Program-made: the position numbers and the translations under genes
Source: Nemertoderma westbladi
Taxonomy: Eukaryota > Animalia > Xenacoelomorpha
DNA length: 56,184 nt
NCBI GenBank assembly: GCA_032718475.1
Contig: JAUCBJ010004984.1
Location: 1 to 56,184, forward strand
Direction of reading: 5' to 3'
Part shown: positions 46,900-56,184 of the stretch, piece by piece
Position numbering within the stretch: position 1 is the stretch's first letter
Layout of the letters: the number at the start of each line of letters is the position of its first letter
Notes under the pieces: generated by a model
Told to the model about the DNA's origin: nothing
What the model saw: the letters and a program-made list of their open reading frames with translations, nothing else
The model's database searches: none

Positions 46900-49200
46900 C
46901 GTACCACGAACACAACACGTACCACGAACACCACAACGAACCACGAACACCACACCGTACCACAAACACCACAGCAGTACCGCAAACATATACCACGAAC
47001 GCTACACAGTAAAACGAACACCACACAGTACCACGAACACCACATCGTACCACGAACACCGCAACGAACCACGAACACCACACCGTACCACGAACTCCAC
47101 ACCGTACCACGAGCACCACAGCAGTACCACGGACTCCACCGCCCTAACCACAAACACCACAGCTGGATCACGAACACCACACCGTACCACGAACACCATA
47201 CCGTACCACAAACACCACAGCAGTACCGCAAACACCACACTATACCACCCACACCACAGCCATACCACAAACGCCACACAGTAAAACGAACACCACACAG
47301 TACCACGAACACCACATCGTACCATGAACACTACACTGTACCACGAACTCCACACTGTACAAAGAACACTACTACTACTACTACTACTAGGATCGGCATG
47401 CTGCATTGCAGCTGCATTTTTAAGAATGCTGTGCCGGCTTGTCAACAAAATTGCACCGCCACAACTCCCTATCACCCATGACATTTGCTAGATCATCCGC
47501 ATCTTTAAGGCCAGTGTCCTGAAGATGCGTCACAAGAAAGTCATGGGCTGTCCACCATGCTTATTCACTCCATGAGGCTGCCAAAGTACAAGATTATGCA
47601 CTGGCTGGTCCTCACGGCGAAAGCAATGTCCTGCAAAGCGGAGGCGATTTTGTTCTAGTGTCAAGCTTGGGGGAACCAATGAGACACCTCCAATGTTAAA
47701 TGTGTCTGGTTGGAGATGTGTGCATTGTACTTGACACAATGTACCCGGCGTAGCATTCTTGTGAATGTGCCATCCAGAGATTTGGTGTCCTCAGCGTTAG
47801 AGCCCAGCATGGACTCCCGTAGAGGAGTACTGGAACTACTGCTGCTCTAAATAATCGGACCTTAAGTTTCCGATTAATTCTAGGTGACTTCCAAATCCTG
47901 GAAAGCCTATTCAAGGCTGCCCATGCCTTTCCCTTACGTATTCGAAGGTCCTCACCTGACTTCCGGATCCATGATCCTAGGTAACAGAAGTCGTCCACAT
48001 GCTCAAGCATACCATCCTTTGAGCTTATGCTCATCCGATCAGAGACTTGCTGAGGACTTTCAAAGTTAACTGTCAGAATTTTGGTCTTTCTGGAGTTAAT
48101 AAAAAGACCAACACTAGAAGCAGCATGTTCTAATGAGCTGAGGAGCCGCTGGGCTCCCTCTAATGATTCTGAGAGTACTCCTAAGTCATAAGCAAAGTCT
48201 AGATCAGTTAGGTACTTGGCAGGATTTCCTCGACGTCTGGACTTCTGGACAAAGAACACCACACAGTACCATGAACACCACACGTACCACGAACCAGTAG
48301 CACGAACACAACACCGAACCACGAACACCACACAATACCACGAACACCACAGTTGTACCACGAACACCGCTGCCGTACTACGAACACCTCAGCCTTAACC
48401 ACGAACCCCGCACTGCACCACGAACACCACAACCCGAACCACGAACACCACACTGTACCACGAACACCACACCGTACCACGAACACCACACCGTACCACG
48501 AACACCACTGCCGTACTACGATCACCACAGCCCTAACCACGAACACCACAACCTTAACCACGAACCCCACACTGCACCACGAACCCCACACTACACCACG
48601 AATAACACAGCCCTACCACGAACACCACACCGTACCATAAATACCACACTGCACCACGAACACTACAGCCGTACCACGAACACAACACCAAACCAAGGAC
48701 ACCGCTGCCGTACTACGATAACACCACAACCCTAACCACGAACACCACATCCTTAACCACGAACACCACACCGTACCACAAACACCAAACTGCACTACAA
48801 ACACCACAACCCGAACCACGAACACCACACTGTACCACGAACACCACACCGTAGCACGAACACCACCGAACACCACACCGTACCACGAACACCACTGCCG
48901 TAGTACGAACATCACAGCCCTAACCACGAAAACCACAGCCTTAACCACGAACCCCACACTGCACCACGAACCCCCACACTGCGCCACGAACACCACACCG
49001 TACCACAAACACCACACTGCACCACCAACACTACAGCCGTACCACGAACACAACACCGAACCACGAACCACAACCCTAACCACGAACACCACATCCTTAA
49101 CCACGAACACCACACTGAACCACAAACACCACACTGAACCACGAACACTACAGCCGTACCACGAACACCACATCGTATACCACAGTCACACCACGAATAC
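46900..49200. repeat. Degenerate 19-21 bp C/A-rich minisatellite (accacgaacaccacaccgt), split by a LINE
   Basis: Tandem units at 46900-47369 and 48249-49200. Confidence 0.95.
47370..48248 (-). mobile_element. 5'-truncated RTE-like LINE with (TAG)n tail and 11-bp TSD
   Basis: DLDFAYDL, GLFINSRKTK, VDDFCYLGS, LLYGSPCW and RLRFAGHCFR; TSD acaaagaacac at 47359-47369 and 48249-48259. Confidence 0.95.
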
Positions 49201-50332
49201 AACATCCATGATGCCACAATTCCACGGCCAATGTATGTTACCCTGGTACCCAACTATATTGTATCATAAATCCTTTTTATTTAGACGTTCTCAATTTTCG
49301 TGATGGCCGTGGGGTACAGTTTCTACAATAATGTTTTGGTCACGTGACACATTAATGTTTGATCGCTTCTAGGATGACGCTACAGGCTTCACAAGAGCGA
49401 ATGTTCACGCAATCGGTTAAGACACAATACACTTCCAGGCTCCATTGCATTCACACTGCACGACAAAGGAAACACAGCCTATCCATATTACCATTGAGAT
49501 GCATATTCCGCAGTGAGTTGCGTTGCTGGCAAATCATCAAGTTATGTGCTTCCCACAGCCACAATCTTTGATTCGACCAGGACCTATCTTCTACCTGCGC
49601 TCTCCAATAAACCTATAACAGAATTGATGTCAGTTAATTTCCGGTTGGGCGTTGATACAGCCAAACTAGAATTTTGTTACTTTCGACTTCAAATATTCAT
49701 GAAATGATGAATTGATGAAATTGTCAATCATTCAATAGGGATGAAGTGAAGAAAGGAATCATTGTCTAAATATTATGCAGTACATGTAGTTTTGCAATAT
49801 TGGAGAAATGTTTGAGAAACTCCGAAATATTTCCGCGTAATGACCCGAATGTACTGTACTTAAGTAACGAGCAAGTATAGGAGAGGGATGTTAATCAATA
49901 CAATTTCTTTAAAACTATCCAAAAGATCCCCTTTTATGTCAGCAAAAGTGCGGACAATAAATAATTTATACGCCCATGTGAAGAAAACCAGGTTTTCAAA
50001 TTGCAGTCGCCTTTTTATTGCAATTTTATATGTAAAGAATTGTTATTTTTGTAAATTTCTCCATATTTTAAAGCGCACCATTTTTTCGTATAACCTGTGT
50101 AGAGATACTAATTCGTTTATTGTTTTGCTTTATCCCAATCTGAGAAGTTAACATATTTGATGTAATTCTGCGAATGTGAATAATTTGTAGCCTATTAAGC
50201 AAGGATACTAAATTTTACGGTGACCTAGCTTGTACTTTAGAACATGGTTAAGAGCCAGAATTTTAATTTTTGCTTTCATTTTTAAGCTACAAGTGTTTGA
50301 AAAATGTGTCCCCTGCGAAATTGCACCAGTTA

Positions 50333-50510
50333 GGCCGCGTTCACACTACCGAGTCAAAGTAAAATTATAAAAAAAATAACAAGAAATATATTTTTTTCTA
50401 GAACGCTCTTATGTATTATATTAGACCAATATAATGTATTATTATTTATTAATGCTAGCTTAGCTATATATATTTTATTTTGACTTTGACTCGGTTGTGT
50501 GAACGCGGCC
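50333..50510. mobile_element. PIF/Harbinger-type MITE
   Basis: TIR ggccgcgttcacac.accgagtcaaagt; TTA duplicated at 50330-50332 and 50511-50513; the sister copy shows a single tta (ccagttacac) at the empty site. Confidence 0.9.
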
Positions 50511-50691
50511 TTACTCTGCAGTTATTTTTCAACCTTATAGTAATTTGTTGGTACTCATGCAAAGCTAACCATGCAAGAATTCCAAATATGCAACACAATC
50601 TATGGTTTTGCACCTGCGCTAGGCTGTTTAATTCAATTAATAAAATCGCTTTATTCTAGAACATTTTGTTTATGTATGAATAGCTACATTA

Positions 50692-51395
50692 TAGAGTAAT
50701 GGTTCTGTAAGCCAATACAATTTGTAAACATCAATCATTGTTACTATGGCAACCATGGAGAGTTCTAGAACACCATATAAATGTTATTTAACTATACAAG
50801 AACATAAATAACATAAAATATAATGTTCTAGACAATATAGCTAATAATTTTTAAAATTCAAAACAGCTAGTATTTTAAAATATTTAACCATTTTTTATTA
50901 AATTTAGGGAATTTAGTGATATAAATGTTATAATTTCAGATAGCTAGTACTGTAGTTTTTGTGGCAGCTAATAAAAAAATAATAAAATTTCGCAAAAAAT
51001 TAAATATATCGTACTAAAATTATATAACGTAAAGTGTTGCGACAGAAATACACATTTAGTGTTATAGAAAAAAATTAGTTAAACATCACAGCTAAAAATT
51101 AAATTATGCTGAAAGTTATAGTGTTAACTACTGTAGCATTAGTTACCGTTAAATAAACAGTGAACAAACAATATAAATATAGTGGAATTTCAGCTTATTT
51201 AGCTGTTATTACTAGCTAATTTAAAATTAAAAATATCTAGCTACATGTTCTATATTAGCATTATACTTTGTATTTTATTTATGTTCTAGAATAGTTAAAT
51301 AACATTTATATGGTGGTCTATAACTACTTTTGTTGCCATAATAACAATGATTAAAAGGTTTAAAAAGTGTAGTGGCATACGGAACCATAGCCCAG
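50692..51395. mobile_element. AT-rich palindromic MITE with long degenerate arms
   Basis: atggttctgtaagcca / tggcatacggaaccat and caccatataaatgttatttaactat / atagttaaataacatttatatggtg are inverted pairs; absent from the sister copy. Confidence 0.75.
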
Positions 51396-51443
51396 TATAG
51401 TGTGAGTAAAGAGGCATTATTGCATTGTTTCCCAGCTACGTAT

Positions 51444-52444
51444 TAGTCGAGTCAATCTAGCAAAAAACCCATAAGTATTTCGCAATCAATCCGAACCACA
51501 CATTTTGGATTCTATATTACCTTATTAATGACCAAAAAAAGTCTATAAAATTTTAATTTGCGGATCATATGTTTATTCATGTAAATTCTGCCTAAATTTG
51601 CATAAGACAAGCCAAACAAAAGGAACAGGAGGGAAAGGTAAGTAGCAAATTGGTGATGTTCCAGAATAATTTAATTAATTTCACAATAAGCTGTGATTCA
51701 ATGGGAATTTAGTAATATTTATTACACAGGCGTGATACACATTAATTGCTATATCTCGGAAACTAGAAGTCGCATCGAATTTTTAAATATATCAAAAATT
51801 TTACGATATATTAAGGAAACCGTTGTAAAAAATCATACATTTCCACCGCAAGGAAATTTCATAATTTTCATTAATGTTAGTGAAGATTTTACACATTATT
51901 AAATTGTGATTACTCTATTGATTTTAGGTGTAATTTATTTATTTGTTTTACTGTAGTTTGAAAATCACAATAGTTTATCATATAACAAATAAATTTTTTG
52001 GGGATAAGGGTTTTTGAGGTCGATAAATCCGATGGGCGTGGTTACATCCACCCTTTTAGTAGAGAAGTTGTGTAAATAAGGTCCTTATATTGTAACAGCA
52101 AAATTGGTATTAAAAATGGTAAAATTATTAGACAAATTTCCGTTGCTCTGGAAACTAAATTGGTAACTATCTAGAAGTGCATACTACAGTCAATCGATAG
52201 TCATTAGAGTAAAGTTTGTCTATACCAAATTTGGAGAAAATCCCACCACTAGACCCCTTGTTGCTATGTAAAATCCACGTTGCTAAGGAAAGAAACAGCA
52301 AATTGAAAGTGATCCGCATAATATATTTTTATAGACTTTTTGGGGGGTATTAACAAGGTAATTTAGAATAAAAAAAAATTGGTTTGGGTCAATTGCGAAT
52401 TTGTTATGGGTTGACCCCCTTTTTCAGCTAGATTGACTCGCCTA
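51444..52444. mobile_element. Non-autonomous TIR element with TAG...CTA termini and 3-bp TSD (Academ-like)
   Basis: TIR tag(t/g)cgagtcaatctagc; TAT duplicated; empty site ccagctacgtatgggataaac at ~53812-53831. Confidence 0.8.
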
Positions 52445-52559
52445 TATGGGATAAACAAAATGTTCCAGACTATGGTGTATTTATTAAATAGGATAAAAGG
52501 CCTGCAGGGGAAGCAAATAGCCTACATGCAACTTTCGAATGCCCAGAACTCCAACTATT

Positions 52560-52795
52560 TTCCAAGCAGACTGGGGAATTGCAGATTGGTCAGCATCCTC
52601 CGAAAACACACAGCCTATAGTGTAGTAGACCTCTGCCACGTATCAGTTTAAAGGCATTAATAATAACGAAATGGGAGCAGGTTTTCAGTTTCCCACATTT
52701 CGCCCCTTAGCGGCAGACTGGAGAACTGCAGATTGATCAGTGTCTTCCCAAACACACAGTCTATGGTCAAGAACGTATCTGCAAAGTATCATTTA
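52560..52795 (-). repeat. Two inverted subunits of the 1165-3386 repeat family
   Basis: cgccccttagcggcagactggagaactgcag is the reverse complement of a close variant of ctgcagttctccagtctgccgctagagggcg. Confidence 0.75.
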
Positions 52796-52799
52796 GAAC

Positions 52800-53227
52800 A
52801 GATTGAGTCTGTTGGTGCAACCGCTGTTATAGAGTTTCCTGCTGGTTGACAAATTTGGCTGAAAATGGTTATGGAATAATAGCCCAATTTGACCACAAAT
52901 ACGCATTCACACATAAATGATGCATAAAATTCGCCTCGATATAACGACGTTTCGCGTCCATGTGCTCGGGGCAGTCTGCATCACGTAGATGCGCATCAAA
53001 AAGTAGCATAATAGTCGAGACCCAACATGTAGAGTGACAGAATGAACTGCTAGGCCTACTGCGCTACCGGTACCAAATTCACGAAATCTGCATTCACGCA
53101 AACAAACGCGTAAAATAACACTCGAGATAGCGACAGTGCACGTGCTCGTGACGAGAGCTTTCGTTCGATGTATCGCGAGCTCAGATTGGTGCTTGTGTAG
53201 AAACGTATAGCTTGGACAGACAAACAA

Positions 53228-53258
<31 letters not shown>

Positions 53259-53279
53259 CATGATATTTATATATATAGA
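52800..53279 (-). mobile_element. Non-autonomous Helitron 5' portion
   Basis: Minus strand starts A|TCTATATATATAAATATC followed by (GTCT)n(GTTT)n; no 3' CTRR end identified, so the left boundary is approximate. Confidence 0.65.
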
Positions 53280-53342
53280 TAGGCGGCTGTCAATATACAG
53301 TTTGTACTATTCAGAGAGGTAAATTATATACATTTTTTATTA

Positions 53343-54253
53343 CATCATGTCCTGGAATATAGTGTCGTTATTGAGGTACCTGGACCCCCACCCCCCCAAA
53401 TTTTTCTACAAATCGTAATGAGATTGCATGAAATTTGAAACAGAGATAGTTTCACCTCCCTCCTCCTTGCTGGGTGAGCCAGAATTTTTATTTTTGCTTT
53501 CATTCTTTAGCTACAAGCGTTTGAAAAAGGTGTCTCCGTCGGTATTGCGCCAGTTACACCGCAGTTATTCTTCAACCTTATAGCGATTTGTTGATATTGA
53601 CGGACAGCGGGCCATGCAAGGATTCCAAATATGTATCATAATCTGAATTTGGTCGTAAAATAGCTGAGATATGAGCGTTCAAATGTTGCATGATTTAGCA
53701 TCTGCGCGAGGCTATTTTATTCTATTTAATTAATAATCCATATTCTAGAACACTTTGTTTATATACGAATAGCTACACAATAGTATGATTACAGAGTTAT
53801 TGCATTGTTGCCCAGCTACGTATGGGATAAACAACATGTTCTAGAATATGGTGTATTTTTTTAATAGAATAAAATAACCTTGCGCAGGTGTAAAACCATG
53901 CAACTTTAGAATGCCCATATCTCTGCTGTTTTACGACGAAATTCAGATTGTGATACATATTTGGAATCCTTGCATGGCCAGCTTTCTGTCAATATCAACA
54001 AATCGCTATAAGGTTGAAGAATAACTGCGGTGTAACTGGCGCAATACCGACGGAGACACCTTTTTCAAACGCTTGTAGCTAAAGAATGAAAGCAAAAATA
54101 AAAATTCTGGCTCACCCAGCAAGGAGGAGGGAGGTGAAACTATCTCTGTTTCAAATTTCATGCTATCTCATTAAGATTTGTAGAAAAATTTGGGGGGGGG
54201 GGGGGGGGGGGTCCAGGTACCTGAATAACGACACTATATTCCAGGACATGGTG
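53343..54253. mobile_element. Nearly fully palindromic Tc1/mariner-type MITE (~910 bp)
   Basis: TA|ca(t/c)catgtcctggaatatagtgtcgttatt at both ends; arms of ~420 bp, highly similar over the outer ~300 bp; TA flanks. Confidence 0.9.
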
Positions 54254-55098
54254 TATTTATTATATTCATTCACAACACTACCGTTGCTTACCGGTATAGG
54301 ACTAGTTTATCGTGTTTTATTTCTTGATCATTTCTAGAGCATCCAAAAAAAAATTAGATTTATTTCTGTTTTTATTAGTCATATAGAATATCATGATATT
54401 TGTTTGGAAATTGTCTACCGGTAAATAAAAGGGTACACTAAAAATTTTCTTTTGTAATTTTAAGATCACTATAGCTACCTTTAAAAACACAAGCTACCAT
54501 AATAAAAAACAATAGCTAACGTTTCTCAGAAAACTAAATTTATGTTCTAAAACCAAAAACGTCATGATAATGGTCATTAACGTGGTCAAGTATTTGGTCA
54601 AAATGTGGGTTCCCATAGCATAGTAATGCCTCTCTTGGTACAATAATCTATTGGACTCAAATTTACTAACAGTTACAAGTACTACTTTAGTAAACAGCCA
54701 TGATAAATCATTTAGAGGGGAAACTTGAAACAGGCCTACCTAAAACACTACAGTAGTCAGTAGCTACAATAAAATTTAGTTTAACTTGCTTAATTAACAG
54801 GAGGTTAAAAGTACGCCCCATTGGCCGAATTGTGGCAAATATAAATTTCTAGAAACTTTCTTCGAATATATCATTGCTGAACCAGATATGCGCAGTTGCA
54901 AGACCTTATATCACCTTGGCTGCTAATAATAGTAATTACTAGCTAAGAAAATGATTCTTTACCGGTATTTAAAGTATCATACATAGCACAGCGTTGTTTA
55001 ACAAGGAATATTATAAAACACTATAATGGAAAAATCAAATAGAGTTTAACATTGTTGAACTGAAATATTTTTTTTGAATAAGATATTACACATACGAT

Positions 55099-55935
55099 AT
55101 GGAAAATTCGCAGGCAAATCCACCAGCCCACTTATCGCGAATGGTGGCCTGGGTCAAACAAACAACACACAGGACATGCAAAGAACGTACTCTACGTGTA
55201 CAGTTTCTTCGATTGCGGCCTGTGTTTCGTACTAATTGTAATTGGCACATATGTGATACAATTTACCGATGACCCCATCCTTGACCCCAAATTAAATATA
55301 AAGTTCGTTGGTTATATATTTATTGGCGTTGGAATCTGTCAAATTTACCATTAGCTTCATAGGTTGCATTGGGGCTGTTAAAGACAACAATTACTGTCTG
55401 ATAACATTCGATATTCTTCAAGTTCTAGTTATGGTTTTCATTTTAATAGGTTCGTTGTATGCAATACGTACAATTCAAAATATCAACAATACTCTCGTTT
55501 GCAGTACATCAACAACCACACTGTCTATTATAGAGAAATCGTTCCAATGTTGTGGGGGAAATAGTTATAAAGACTACGAAGTAATAAATAATGATAGCCT
55601 GACGTCTTTGGGGTTTGCTGCTAATACTAAACAGAAGAAGTATATATTACCAGAAAGTTGTTGTTTGGAGTCGAAGGTGTCTAACAATACGGAGCAGTGT
55701 CGAAAGGCTAGTGTTATGTTCTGGAGGATGTCGAACTTGGTGGAAAGATTTCGGGATGCGGTTTAGAGATTACTAAATGGTTTGCCGGTGAGAAATACAT
55801 ATATTTGGTGTGCTGACAGGTATCTTGTTAACAATGACTATAAGAGTGATTTTGTCTTCCTACATTATCTTAGGCAGGAAAGAATACATACGAAGCTTTT
55901 CTGATATTACAGTGCGATCAATGTATAACAAATAG
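55099..55935 (+). pseudogene. Intronless tetraspanin pseudogene with about four frameshifts
   Basis: TM1/TM2 (KNVLYVYSFF..LIVIGTYV; VGYIFIGVGI), ISFIGCIGAVKDN, QCCG, LPESCC, SGC and TM4 (IFGVLTGILLTM..) lie in order but in different frames; shifts near 55178, 55340, 55712 and 55800. Confidence 0.8.
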
Positions 55936-56184
55936 TTTACGCTTCCTCGCTAAACAACCTTTAATATATCCAATATTAATTATGTATATTTATATAAATC
56001 ATTATTTAATTTAAGATATTCAAAATTTAAATTAAAAGCGCGAGATGTTACAAGGGTATATACATTCACTATGTCACTCATATATGATATTATTGTTATT
56101 GGAAAATAACAATGATATACTGTTGTTTTTTATTGAAATAGTCTTATCTTTGAAGATTCAAATAAATTTCTGGCCATTTTCTGA

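Larger units (their letters stand above)
50252..52505. mobile_element. Older copy of the palindromic Tc1/mariner-type MITE hosting three nested insertions
   Basis: Pieces 50252-50332, 50511-50691, 51396-51443 and 52445-52505 are collinear with ~53476-53890. Confidence 0.8.

Noticed and set aside
46812-49253. Hydrophobic Val/Cys/Trp-rich ORFs, including one fused to RT
   Set aside because: Translations of the C/A-rich minisatellite; the fusion is a chance in-frame junction at the LINE truncation point.
55099-55935. Programmed frameshifting or RNA editing of the tetraspanin
   Set aside because: Shifts differ in direction and share no slippery motif; decay or local sequence error is simpler.

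Overview
Eukaryotic, AT-rich, repeat-dense invertebrate animal genomic DNA with GT-AG introns; nothing prokaryotic and no CRISPR. Host genes: (1) a probable 4-exon coiled-coil gene with CCDC34/CCDC181-like W-L-x-x-K motifs and an RFX X-box (4219-11152, +); (2) an intronless FKBP6/shutdown-like piRNA co-chaperone with a 13-aa repeat and an R3H-like tail (13465-15195, +); (3) an intronless alpha-kinase with an acidic 12-aa repeat tail (19965-21845, -); (4) a ~2958-aa protein with ~56 C2H2 fingers in a higher-order modular pattern (four coding exons, 39416-25116, -); (5) an intronless tetraspanin pseudogene (55099-55935, +). The rest is mobile DNA and tandem repeats: three RTE-like LINE fragments, a CRE-clade RLE retrotransposon, piggyBac-, P-, Harbinger-, Academ- and Tc1/mariner-type non-autonomous elements (several nested), Helitron/Helentron-like repeats, two tRNA-derived Pol III units and several minisatellites. 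Most notable are repeat-borne full-length CTCF-like motifs facing a unique reverse motif ~42 kb away, the modular zinc-finger grammar, and the unusual FKBP6 and alpha-kinase tails. All family assignments come from motif recognition by eye, not database searches.
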